The notes: generated from the letters alone by a model not told the origin. A stretch of DNA of 64,000 nucleotides from Octopus sinensis (GCF_006345805.1 NC_043023.1:4278001-4342000), one strand, 5' to 3'. Shown: positions 40,344 to 52,504, counted from the first letter of the stretch. Numbers and translations are program-made.

Positions 40344-41630
40344 CAGGGTCTTGCTGATAAATTGAGATAATTTTTACAATGCATAGTTATAAATACTAAA
40401 ATAGTGATAGTAGACAGGTATAATTTTAATGTAACATTTATTAAAACAAAAACATTACTCAATATGGCTGCCCTTTTGGGCAATTTACTGCCTCCACACA
40501 AGAAGGAAACTTTTTTGCAGCTGCTGCAACCTCTGCCCTTTTGATTTTGTGTGCCGCATGCCTGATGCAAGTCTTCAAACTGTTGACACTCGAGTGTGGT
40601 GAAGCATTGGTTCTTGCTTGAAGTACACCCCATGAAAATTAATCGAGAAGGTCGAGATCTGGACTGTTACTGGGCTTGACAACGTAGTGCTTATCCAGGA
40701 TTCTGCACTATGCCATGGATCAAAAGCAATACAAGCCTTCCTTGGTGAGGTGTCATTTTATGTGAAGGCCAACAGGTGTTGGCCTTCACATAAAATGACA
40801 CCTCACCAAGGAAGGCTTGTATTGCTTTTGATCCATGGCATAGTGCAGAATCCTGGATAAGCACTATGTTGTCAAGCCCAAACGGAGAGTTCTTCAGGAT
40901 GTCCAGATACTCGTTTGTACCTCAACGAAGTGTGGATCCATGATACTTTCATCACTCATCACAGCTCCAAATACCATCACAGGGGCAAGCTTCTTAGTCT
41001 CAAACACAGTAGAGACATCAGAAGGGTTGTATGCGATTACTTAAGAATTTTTGCAATTCACCTCAGCATCCACAATGAATTTCTTGTCCACAAACAAAAG
41101 AGTTTTTCCTACACCTTGATGCTTGAGGAATGACAGAAACTTTGGGCAGATCTTGGCTCTGATTGCTTTGGCCTTGGCTGTTAGGAGGTGACAAGAGCAT
41201 CAAACATAGCTAGTCGTGCCAAGGTTCCTATTCACAGCTCTGGACACCATAGAAAGGGACAAACTGCATTTCTTTGTAAGAGTTGTCATGGGTGGGGATG
41301 GGTTGGCTTCAAATGAGTGTTTGAGGCCAGCCAGAAACTCTGGATTGCACTTGGAATCACTTCGAGTCTTGTGCTACACACAATAAACTCTTGCTTTTGG
41401 AAGTTACATCAACAATTTTATTGGCAGTGTGCTTGGCACACTCCAAAACAACAATGGTAGAACGGTTCTGTTGTTCCATAACTTTCTGTTGTTGAATCAG
41501 TTCACTATTTACCTAAAAAATAAAGTGGAGGATTAGATTTTCAAGTAAGCAAGGTTTTATCAAAACGTGAGATGTTAACCCCACTAAATCAATTGCTTAA
41601 GATTGGTCTCATTTTATCTGCAAGACATTG
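40344..41630 (-). mobile_element. Decayed Tc1/mariner transposon (maT/DD37D-like) containing a foldback duplication
   Basis: TA-flanked TIRs CAGGGTCTTGCTGATAAATTGAGA / TCTCATTTTATCTGCAAGACATTG. Removing the inversion restores IQDSALCH...WPSNSPDLDLLD. Confidence 0.85.
40671..40880. repeat. Near-perfect palindrome: 104-bp arms, 2-nt spacer
   Basis: 40671-40774 is the reverse complement of 40777-40880 with one mismatch. Confidence 0.97.
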
Positions 41631-41949
41631 TATACACACACAGTGGGCTTCTTTCAGTTTCCACTCACCAAATCCATTCACAAATCTTTAGTTGGCACAC
41701 AGCTATAGCAGAAAACATTTGCCCAAGGTGTCATGCAGTGGGACTGAACCAAGAACCATGTGAAGCACATTTCTTATCATACAATTGTGCCTGTGCCGGA
41801 TCTTTGATTTAAATTCATTGCTGTCTTTTTCTCATCTGAAATGACAATGGTTCCCACATAATTAAAATTATCAACTTGGTTCAAGTTTCTGTTTATTGTT
41901 ATGTTGCAAATTAGTGATATTTTCTTTGTTGTGATTGTCATTAGCCAGG

Positions 41950-42380
41950 TGAATCAAAATCAAGCTGTTCATTGCAACTGTTGAATCAGTGCTATGACAT
42001 GGCAGTGAAACCTGGACACTGATAAAGAAATTATCAACTGGGCTAGATGGCTGCTGCACAAGGTTGTTATGAATGATCTTAAATGAGAAATGGCAGCAAC
42101 ACATCACAAACAAATGCTTTTATGGAGACCTGCCGAAAGTTAGCAAGAAAATGAAGCAAAGATAGCTCATTGCCACCCTGAACTGGAAGCATCCAAATTA
42201 ATTTTGTGGAACCCACTTCATGGTGATGCAAGAAGAGGAAAACATTGTCACACATCGATAACTTGATTGTAAACACTGGCCTGGAATGTATCGAGGACCT
42301 TGAAGCAGTAATGTTGGACTGAGAATTGTGGCAGATGGGCTTTGCTGCTGCAGCTTGGGTTAGAACCTGGCCATAATAAT
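41950..42380 (+). mobile_element. Decayed RTE-clade LINE 3' fragment
   Basis: IKLFIATVESVL*HGSETWTL...LDGCCTRLL; TAA-repeat tail. Confidence 0.75.
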
Positions 42381-42946
42381 AATAATTGTCTTTAGGTTTC
42401 TTTTCATTCCCATCCTGTATTTGTCACTCATGTTTAAGAGAGAGGGTGAAAATGAAAGAGACAAATAGTGGTGATGAGGTGTCTGGGTGGCACCTCAAAG
42501 TACGAGTTGAGTAGAAATGAGTGAGGGATAAAGAAACGAGGGGTGGGAGGGGTTGTGGGGGAGGACAAGAGTGTATGGAGTGGTGGTGGAGAGATATGGC
42601 GGGAAATGGGAAATTGGAAGAGAGGTAGACAGCATCTGTAAAGGGTATTTTACTCCTGATCATAAGGTCGTAAGTTTGACTCCTGGTGGCCTGTTGTGTC
42701 CTTGAGCAAGACACATTATTTCATGTTGCCCCAGTTTTATCAGCAGACAAAAGGGAGTTGTACTTGTAATTAAAAGGGGCCAGCTTTATCACATTCTGTG
42801 TTGTGCTGAATGTCCTTGAGAATTATGTAAAGAGTACACATGTTTCTGTGGAGGACTCAGCCACTTGCATGTTAGTTTCACAAGTAGGCTGTTCCATTGA
42901 TCGGACCAACTGGAACGCTCGTAACCAACAGAGTGCCATTTTATAC

Positions 42947-43400
42947 ATCATCATCATCGTTTAACGTCTGTTTTCCGTGCTAGCACGGGTTGGACGGTTC
43001 AACCAGGGTCTGGGAAGCCAGGAGGCTGCACCAGGCACCAGTCTAATCCGGCAGTATTTCTTCAGCTGGATGCCCTTCCTAACACCAAACACTCTGAATG
43101 TAGTAGGTGCTTTTTATGTGCCACCGGCACAGGTGCCAGGGGAGGCTGGCAGCAGCCCGATCGGTTGTTGCTTTTTACTGCCACCGGCACAGAAGCTAGT
43201 CAAGGCGGCGCTGGCATCGGCCACGTTCGGATGGTGCTTTTTACGTGCCACCGGCACAGGTGCCAGGGGAGGCTGGCAGCAGCCCGATTGGTTGGTGCTT
43301 TTTACGTGCCACCGGCACAGAAGCTAGTCATGGTGGCTCTGGCATCGGCCACGTTCGGATGGTCCTTTTTACGTGCCACCGGCACAGATATCACAACTAC
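42947..43400 (-). mobile_element. RTE-tailed retroposon with five internal ~60-65 bp repeats (A-B-A-B-partial)
   Basis: (CAT)n tail at the left; recurring GGTGCTTTTTACGTGCCACCGGCACAG at ~43105, 43167, 43233, 43294 and 43360. Confidence 0.85.
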
Positions 43401-43924
43401 AATTTATACATATCAAACATATATATATACATAAAATGGGTAATTGTTATATATATGTATAATGGATAATAAAGTAAAGGGTAATGGTTAGAGAGACCAG
43501 TTGCCTGTAATACAAGCTTAGAGTGATCGAATGTATGTGCTGTACAATTTTGACAGTTGAATGGACTGGAGCAATGTGAAAGGAAGCAAATATGAGTTGT
43601 ACTTGTCATTTTAAAGGGTCAACCATGTCAAATCCTGTGTCATACTAAATCTCCCTAAGATCTACATTAAGTTTGTGTGTGTCTATGGAGTGCTCAGCCA
43701 CTTGCACCTTAATTTCACAGCTGTTGATTGGGTCAATTATCATTGTAACCAATGGAGTGCCATTCTAAAAATGCAAAATGTGGATGTAGGGAATGCTGGC
43801 TGGGGAGTGAGGGGTGAGTTTGGGAAGATAGAAGCATGTAAGAAGAGAGGAAGGGAGAGGAGCAACGGGGGTAGTATTGATGGTACTGTCAACAGGGGGA
43901 GGACAAGATAGTAATGACATTCTT

Positions 43925-44294
43925 TTTATCTTGTTTCAGTCATTAGACTGTGGCCATGCTGGGACACCGCCTTGAAGAACTTTTAGTTAAATAAATTGAC
44001 TGCAGTACTTGTTTTTGTTTTTAAGCCTGGCACTTAATTCTGTTGTGTTCTTTTGCTGAACCACTAAGTTATGGGGACATAACCACACTAACACTGGTTG
44101 TCAAGCAGTGGTCAAGAACAAACACAGACATACACGCACAGATATGTATACAATGGGCTTCTTTCTGCCAAATCCTCTCATAAGGCTTTGGTTGGCCTGA
44201 GGCTATAGTAGAAGACACTTGCCCAAAGTGCCATTCAGTGGGACTGAACCTGAAACGATGTGATTAGAAAGCAAACTTCTTACCACACAGCCAT
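43925..44294 (-). mobile_element. CORE-like SINE (representative of many copies, e.g. 39500-40290, 46550-47090, 47290-47650, 55780-56010, 62795-63420)
   Basis: tRNA-like head, TGGGCAAGTGTCTTCTACTATAGCC core and CAGCATGGCCACAGTC..TGACTGAAAC tail. Confidence 0.85.
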
Positions 44295-44492
44295 GGTTAA
44301 GTTAGCTACAGGAATGAGGTAGGCATAGAGCATGAGGAGAAATAATTTAGTGGTCCAGTAGAGGTGAAGGTGGGATGTCTTTGGATTTTATATAAGACAC
44401 AAGGATTCTAGTTTGAATATATTAATGTATAATAATAATTTGAGTGTATCTTTCATGTTGTGCCTCATGTTTGTTTTTTGTTGTTTTGCCAG

Positions 44493-44666
44493 ATCTTGAG
44501 CTGGAGTGTGAAAACGAAGCCCCTGGGGGCTCGAATTCACAGTCAGTTCGCAAGAACATTGCAATCAAGCTAAAGCCCATGAAAGGCAGACCAAAAGGCC
44601 GAAAGACAAGGAGTAGACCCAGCAAACCTACCAGTACAGACGGCTTGGACAGCTCTGATGACCAGT
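44493..44666 (+). CDS. CBLL1: CBLL1/Hakai coding exon 2 (DLELECENE...KGRPKGRK...SDDQ; 174 nt, phase 1-1)
   Basis: T-rich tract + CAG acceptor; donor T|GTATGT; in frame with the flanking exons. Confidence 0.85.
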
Positions 44667-45546
44667 GTATGTAACATCTTCTTCCTCTCCTCTTTATTTT
44701 CTTCTATTATTACAGCAAAGGCAGCAAGCTGGCAGATTCATTAGCATGCTGGGCAAAATGCTTTGTGGCATTCCGTCCATCTTTATGTTCTAAGTTCAAA
44801 TTCTGTCGAGGTTGACTTTGCCTTTCATCCTTTCAGAATTGATAAAATAAGTACCAGTTGAACATTGGGGTCGATGTAATTGACTTACACTCTTCAACAG
44901 ACTTGATGGTCATATGCCAAAATTTGAAATAAGGTGGTGAGCTGGATTGATGAAATAATACCTGTCAAGCACTGGGGTCAATGTAATCAACTTATCCCCT
45001 CCCTCAAAATTTCAGGCCTTGTGCCTATAATAGAAAGGATTATTATTATTATTGTGAGGATACTGGCCTATTGGTTATCATGTCGTACTCACAATTGTGA
45101 GATTGTGGTTTCAATTCCTAGACCAAGTAGTGCATTGTGTTCTTGAGCAAAACACTCCATCGCACATTTCTCTGCAATCACTTCAACAGCTGACATGTGG
45201 TGCACTGTGCACCTGTTCGGGCAACGTCAATTTGATGGAGGCAGGTGAGCACATACATTTGATCCCTACAAACAAATCACTTGTGCATTTGACAAAAGCT
45301 GGACACTCATACGTTGTCTACAACGGAAGAGTTTATCATGATTGTTGTTTATCAAAAGATGGAAGAGAGTGGCAAGACTGGTGTGACTGAATGGATTGAC
45401 TCTGAGTATGGTTTTCTAAGCAGGGGGAAAGAAACTGGAAAAGGGCACTTTCCCATGCCTTGGGATAACAGAGTAATCTGGGATTTTTTGCCTGAGGTTT
45501 ACCCTGAATTACTCTAAGTGGACTACCCTGCTATTGAGGATTTTAA

Positions 45547-45767
45547 CCCTTTTGTTACTAACCCGGCCAAAACCGGCTCTGGCTCTGTGGTAAAATGTCT
45601 TGTTTTCATAAGTTTTGAATTAAAATATTCCACCAAGCCTTAGTTACAATTTATGTTTCTAACACTAACTTAATGATTAACTAAGTTATTTTACTAAATT
45701 CTTTGTTATATTTAAAATAATTGAAAGAAACACAGAGCATCTCAAAATAAATACAGTAACAAAAGGG
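45547..45767. mobile_element. piggyBac-type MITE
   Basis: TTAA|CCCTTTTGTTAC ... GTAACAAAAGGG|TTAA. Confidence 0.9.
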
Positions 45768-47730
45768 TTAATTATTATTTCTGATTTTCTATTTATACAT
45801 CCTTTGTTTTATCTTTTAATGTGGTAGTGTCTCCCTTTGATTGATGGAAATCCCACTTATTTTGTTTTTGTGTGTTGTAACTCATCCTTTGATATTGTCC
45901 TCCATGTCTTGGGTCCTTGTGGCCAATAAAAGATATAAGTATTATTAATTTATTTCTGAGAGCTCTTAGTCTTACCTGTTCTGGTTGATTCTGTGAGAGC
46001 AGACAGCAACCTGTTGTCAGAGGTCTCACAGGGTCTCTTTCCACTAACTATAAGCTTTGGTACTTGGATGTTAACTTATCATGGAAGACAGTCGACACCC
46101 AAGCACCAATCTCAAAATCCTAGCTGTCCCCAATTAAGCAGTTTTTTGGGTTTGCTCTGCCCTCGTGTATTATTATTATAAGCTACTATAAAGACAGTGA
46201 ACTGGCAGAATCATTCGCATGCTGGACGAAATTCTTAGCGATATTTCGCCTGTTGCTACATTCTGAGTTCAAATTCTGCCGAGGTCAACTTTGTCTTTCA
46301 TCCTTTCAGGGTCGATAAATTAAGTACCACTTGCATAATGGGATTGAGCTAATCGACTGGACCCCTCACCCCAAATTTCAGGCCTTGTTCTTATAGTAGA
46401 AAGGATTATTATTAGCTAATATTTCCATATGGAAACAGGCAACATCATTTTTATTATATTGATGCCCACTTACTACCATCAAATGATGTTAAACTGCGGG
46501 GCACACACACACACACACATTCATGTATATGTATGTGCCTTTTGCCTTTTATTCTTTTACTCATTTTGGTCATTAGACTGTGGCCATGCTGGGGCACTGC
46601 CTTGAACTTTTACTCAAACAAATCGACCCTAGTACTCATCTGTTTTTTTAAGTCTTTTGCTGAACTGCTAAGTTATGGGGGACGTAAACACACCAATATT
46701 GGTTATCAAAGAATGGAATGGAACAAACAGTAACACAAAGGCACACACAAACATCATCATTATCATTTAACGTCTGTTATCCATGCTGGCATGGGTTGGA
46801 TGGCTTAACAGGAACTGCCAAGGTCAGGAGCCACATTGGTCCCACTGTCTGTTTTGGCATGGTTTCTTCAACTGGATGCCTTTCGTAACACCAACCACTT
46901 TACAGGGTGTGCTGGGTGCTTTTTATGTGGCACCACACACACTCACACACACAAATGGGCTTCTTTTAGTTTCTATCTACCAAATCCACTCACAAGGCTT
47001 TAGTAGAAGATACTTTCATAAGGTTCCACACAGTTGGACTGAACCTGGAACCATGTAGCTGGGAAGCAATCTTCTTACCACACAGCCATGCCTGCACCTA
47101 CGTATGTATGATGGGCTTCTTTGAATTTCTGTGTACCAAATTCATTCACAGGATTTTGGTTGGCCAGGGGCTACGAAAGGTATCATTTGCCCAATGTGCC
47201 ATTCTGTAAGATTGAACCTGAAACCTTGTGGTTGGGGAACAAACTTCTTAAACACACAGTCAGGCATGTAAAACGATCATAAGTGCAGGCCATGGGAAGT
47301 TTGCTTCCCAACCACATGCTTTCCAGGTTCAGTCCCACTGCATGGCACCTTGGGTAGGTATCTTCTTGTATGGCCTCGGGGCGACCAAAACATTGTGAGT
47401 GGATTTTAAACTTAAAGAAGTACGTTGTGTATGTATAATATATGTGTATGTGTCTGTTTGTCCCCCACTACCACTTGATAACTGATGTTGGTTTGTTTAC
47501 ATCCCTGTAACTTAGTGGTTCAGCAAAAGAAACCAATAGAATAAGTACCAAGCTTTAAAAAGAAAATTAGTACTGGTGGGATGGGGTTGATTTGATGAAA
47601 ATTCTTCAAGGCAGTGCTCCAGCATGGGTGTAGTCTGAAACAAAAAGAAAAAAAATCATGAAACAAGCCAATCAAATGACTAATATTTTTGTTTTAAAAT
47701 GCTATCTCTCTTCTATTTCTTTGTGTACAG

Positions 47731-47822
47731 ACATGAACAGTTCTTGTGACAGTCCTATATCGAAAAATCTCAGCCCTTCTGATACGTTATTTCCTTGTCA
47801 GTCTCTTCATTGGAATCATAAG
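47731..47822 (+). CDS. CBLL1: CBLL1/Hakai coding exon 3 (YMNSSCDSP...SLHWNHK; phase 1-0)
   Basis: Polypyrimidine tract + TACAG acceptor; donor AAG|GTTAGT; contains the conserved W preceding the Hakai RING region. Confidence 0.88.
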
Positions 47823-48648
47823 GTTAGTATTTTTTTCTTTTATTTTATTGTAGTACTTTTGTTGTTATTGTTGTTGCTTTTTCTTCCAAGAAAGTGGGCC
47901 GTATTTTTTTTTGGACGGAGGCATGGCCATGTGGTAAGAAGCTTGCTCCCCAACTACGTTGTTTCTGGTTCAGTCCCACTGTGTGACACCTTGGGCTAGT
48001 GTCTTCTTCTGTAGCATCATCATCATCATCATTGTTTAACGTCCACTTTCCATGCTAGCATGGGTTGGACGATTTGACTGAGGGCTAGCGAATCAGATGG
48101 CTGCACCGGACTTCAATCTTGATCTGGCATAGTTTCTACAGCTGGATGCTCTTCCTAACACCAACCACTCCGAGAGTGTAGTGGGTGCTTTTACATGCCA
48201 CTGGCACGGGGCCAGTCAGGCGGTACTAGCAACGACCTTGTTCGAATCTTTTACACATGCCACCGGCACAGGTGCCAGTAAGGCGATGCTGATAACGATC
48301 ATGCTCAAATGGTGTCTTTTACGTGCCACTGGCACGGAAGCCGGTTAGCTGCTCTGTCAATAATCACACTCGTATGGTGCTCCTTGCACCCTGCTAGCAT
48401 GGACGCCAGTCATCGAATTTGATCCAAAACCTTATAAATGAATTTGGTTGACAGAAACTGAAAAAAAGCTTGTGTCCCCCCCCCCACTACTGCTCAAAAA
48501 CTGGTATTGGTGTGTTTATGCCCTATAACTTAGCAGTTCAGCAATACAGACTGATAGAATAAGTACCTGGCTTTAAAAAAAATTTGATTTGTTCAACTAA
48601 ACCCTTGAAGGTGGTTACAGTCTGACTGAAACCAGTAAAAGATATATA

Positions 48649-48975
48649 GGAGTGGCTGTGTGGTAAGTAGCTTGCTTACCAACCACATGGTTCCAGGTTC
48701 AGTCCCACTGCGTGGTACCTTGGGCAAGTGTTTTTACTATAGCCTCAGGCTGACCAAAGCCTTGTGAGTGGATTTGGTAGATGGAAACTGAAAGAAGCCC
48801 ATTGTCTGTATATATATATGTGTATGTTTGCGTGTCTGTGTTTGTCCCTCCACCATCGCTTAACAACTGATGCTGGTGTGTTTACGACCCTGTAACTTAG
48901 CAGTTTGGTAAAGGAGACTAATAAAATAAGTACTAAGCTTATAAAGAATGAGTCCTGGGGTCGATTTGTTCAACT
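48649..48975 (+). mobile_element. CORE-like SINE, well-preserved + strand copy
   Basis: GGAGTGGCTGTGTGGTAAG...GGTTCAGTCCCACTGCGTGGTACCTTGGGCAAGTG. Confidence 0.85.
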
Positions 48976-49076
48976 AAATGTGGTTGGGAAGCAAGTGTCT
49001 TCCTACACAGTCACACCTAGTTGTTGGCTACCTTTAACAGAGTCCGCTCTATTACAATCAGTCAGATCAGGTTTAA

Positions 49077-50267
49077 CCCTTTCGCATTCAGATTACTCTG
49101 TCAAATCTAATGCTTATTTATTCACATTATTTTCAGTTAATCACAAATAATTTCATAGCTTCAAGATTTCAATGATGTGATTGTTTTTATCTTTAGAGTA
49201 ACAATTGGCCAATTCGAACATAAAACAAATAGAATACTTTAGTGAGACTTGACCAGTTTAACCCTTTCGCATTCAGATTACTCTGTCAAATGTAATCCTT
49301 ATTTGTTCATATAGTTCTGAATTAACCCTTTTGTTACCATATTTCCCGTTGAAATACTCTGCCTTTGTTTCAATTAATTCTGAAAATAGTGAAGAGTTTA
49401 GTGAAATAACTTAGCCCTAATTAAAGTGGTGTTTAAGGTGGGGAGCTGACAGAATTGTTAGCATGCAGGCAAAATGCTTAGTGGCATTTTATTTGTCTTT
49501 GTGTTCTGAGTTCAAATTCCATTGAGGTTGCTTTACTTTTCATTTTTCCAGGGTTAATAAAATAAGTACCAGTTGAGCGCTGGGGTTGATGTAATCAACT
49601 TACCCCTCTCCTGCAATTGCTGACCTTGTACTAAAATTTGAAACCATTATTAAACTGGTGTTTGGAACAAATTAACATGACATTTTGATGGAAATTTTAA
49701 ATTTAGATCACTTTAAAGTCATTTTGAGACTAAAATTATGCAATAGAATTTATTAAGAACCCTTTCTTTAATTATCTTCCAAATATCACATTAATATGTT
49801 GATATGTAAAAAAGTTATAGTTGTTTAATGAAACTAGTCTAAATTCATGATTATTTTAGAATTTAATCGAAACTCATGAGGGGTGTATTTTGGTCAGAAA
49901 TATAGTAATGAAAGGGTTAACCATTTTGTTAGCATAATTCTGTTGAAATACACTGCCTTTGTTACAATTCGTTTTGAAAATAATGAAAAATTTATAAAAA
50001 TAACCATGTCATTATGAAACTGATGTTTGGAACATAAATTAACAAGAAATTTTGATTGGAGATTTTAATTTAGTTCAATTTAAAGAGGAAATTGGTAGCT
50101 TAGAATCAGAAGTAGGCTCAGGCAGATTGGTAAGAGTTAAGTTGACCCTGCATTATTTTGTATCTTCAAGATTTTGATGATGTGATTGTATATTTTTAGA
50201 ATGGCATAATAGGGCAGGTTTCAATATAAAGTAGGAGAATGTTTGGGCTGGATTAAATGCTAAAGGA
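49077..50267. mobile_element. Cluster of tandem/nested piggyBac-type MITEs plus one SINE
   Basis: TTAA|CCCTTT starts at ~49077, 49262 and 49326; AAAGGG|TTAA|CCATTTT junction at ~49915; further TTAA ends at ~50137 and 50268. Confidence 0.75.
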
Positions 50268-50366
50268 TTAAGGGTTTCTACTTCCTTCTCTCCCACCACT
50301 CTTAGATACCCAGGAAAGGGTCATGAGCATGGCTAGTTCTCCTGTCTAAAGATAGAAACATAATCA

Positions 50367-50775
50367 GTGTCACTTTAGCATGCAGTCTACTGGAGTATCC
50401 ATAGTGTATACTGTGAAATGACCTGATAGGGGTTAGGGTTTAGCACTATGGTTAGGGTTAGGATTAGGGTTAAAATTTAGCAGTTAAGATTTAGTATTAG
50501 AATATAGCATTCAGTGTTAGGATTTAGGATTAGGTTTAAGATTAGAATGCGGTTTACTTGGCCATTTACACTTTAGCATGCAGTCTAACTCTAAACAAAA
50601 CCCTAAATGCTAAATTCCAGCCCTAAATCATCATCATCATCGTTTGATGGAAAGTGGACGTTAAACGATGATGATGATGATTTCGGGTTGGAATTTAGCA
50701 TTTAGGGTTTTGTTTAGAGTTCAACTGCATGCTAAAGTGTAAATGGCCAAGTAAACTGCACACTAAAGTGTCACC
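50367..50775. mobile_element. MITE with telomere-like internal hexamers, containing a 98-bp-arm foldback (50548-50760)
   Basis: TIR GTGTCACTTTAGCATGCAGTCTACT / AGTAAACTGCACACTAAAGTGTCAC; near 9-bp TSD ACATAATCA/AAATAATCA; TTAGGG-like run at 50428-50540. Confidence 0.75.
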
Positions 50776-50838
50776 AAATAATCACCATTCTCCATGGAAT
50801 GTCCTCCGTTCATTAATTATTCTTTCAATTAATTACAG

Positions 50839-50925
50839 GTCAACCTAATTGGTCTGAAAGTAACAGACCCTGTCATACACTGCTGTGAAAAATGCTGCTT
50901 ACCCATTCTAACTTATGGACGAATG
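50839..50925 (+). CDS. CBLL1: CBLL1/Hakai coding exon 4 ([29 protein letters not shown]; first half of RING)
   Basis: TTACAG acceptor, ATG|GTAAGT donor; matches the Hakai signature H.C.KC.LPI..YGRM. Confidence 0.96.
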
Positions 50926-51027
50926 GTAAGTGGTTTATATTTTCTTTTTCTTATTGTTTTTTTATTGTTTGATTCACATGTTGGACACATATTTAAATTT
51001 GCTTTACTATTTTTCTATAACATTAAA

Positions 51028-51599
51028 TAGTGAAGAATTCCTGGTAGAAGTAGGGTTTCTCCAAAGATCAGACCTCAGCCCACTCTTATTCATCAGAGTC
51101 CTCCAGGCAATAACAGAGGAATTTAAGACAGGATGCCCCTAGGAGCTCCTCTATGGTGATGACCTTGCTCTCATAGCTGAATTACTACCAGAACTAGAGA
51201 AGAAATTTCAGGTGTGGAAGCAAGGTTTAGAATTGAAGGGCCTTAGAGTCAGTGTTGCAAATATAAGGTGGTGAAGCATGACCTTCGAACATTGGGCCTC
51301 AGAGAAACAATTACAAGAGACCAAAACCTCTGGAGATATACTGTAATTGAGAAGACCCGGCAAATAAAGTGAGATCACAGCCATAGCCTATACCAGTGTT
51401 GCATAACCAGCCCATTTAAAAAGTACCTTTGAATCGTTGGGCGACACACCTTGCTATTGAGTCAAGTAAAATCAAAATCCCAACCAAATCAAAACCAAAA
51501 TGGAAATTGTAGTTGTGGCCGATGCCAGTGCCACCTAACTGGCTCCCTGTGCTGGTGGCACCTAAAAAGCACCATCTGAACATGGTCGATGATGATGAT
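51028..51599 (+). mobile_element. Internally deleted RTE LINE, same family as 32461-34040
   Basis: LSPLLFIRVLQAITEEFKTGCP*ELLYGDDL...VVKHDLRTLGL, then 3' UTR and (GAT)n. Confidence 0.88.
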
Positions 51600-51624
51600 T
51601 AAAGTTAATGTAAATAAACCTTCC

Positions 51625-52159
51625 ATTTGTAACGGTGCATTGTTGTCATGGAGAATCCACAGATGTGGCCACCTCCACTGAATGTCCTCCCTCAGATGCT
51701 TCAAAATGTCGCAGTAGAACACTCAATTAACAGTCTCGCCCTGGGGGACGAATTCTTGATGTACGATAGCACATTTCCAGAGATGATACTCATGGCAGGT
51801 CTTTCCAGGCATGTTCTTCCACTTTTGAAGCACTTGTGCCATTTGAAACAATCTGTACAACCCATTGCCTCATCAAAGTAAGCTTACTGAACTATGCTCA
51901 ATGTCTTTGTAGCAGACTTACTAAGTTCAATGCAAAATTTCATGTTGGCTTTTTGTTCCTGTCCATGACAAAAGTCGCAGACTACTGTGTACACATAATC
52001 ACAAAAACACAAATTTCACAACTTGAGAAGTAAGCACAGTGATGTCACAGGGCACACAGCTTCATGAAGGTCACTGCAAGCTCTCACTACATGCAGTCAT
52101 GTGTTGCCATTTGTTGGTGCACTACAGAACTACTCTGGGAATTTTTTGATGCCACCTTG
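51625..52159 (-). mobile_element. mariner remnant
   Basis: FYCDILKHLREDI...WILHDNNAP; TA-flanked terminus at 52159. Confidence 0.75.
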
Positions 52160-52504
52160 TATGTATGTATATGTATATTGGTTTGTTCATTGCAGTTACT
52201 TCAAACGAGTTTTTTTTCTGATGAATAGAGTTATTACATCATGCAAAACAAACAATTGTAATCAGGTGAATATACCTGAATTCATCATCGTTTAATGTCT
52301 GTTATCCATGCTGGCATGGGTTGGACGGTTTGATTGAGGACTGGAAAGCCAGTAGACTGCCCCAGGCTCCAATCTGATCTGGCAAGGTTTCTACAGTTGG
52401 GTGTAGTAGGTGCTTTTTACGTGCCACCGGCACAGGAGCGAGTCAGGCGGTATCTGGCATCGACCATGTATATATATGTGTGTGTGTATATATATATATA
52501 TATA

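Noticed and set aside
50428-50540. TTAGGG-like runs (also 962-1003) as telomere or fusion relics
   Set aside because: Short, degenerate and internal to TIR-bounded MITEs.
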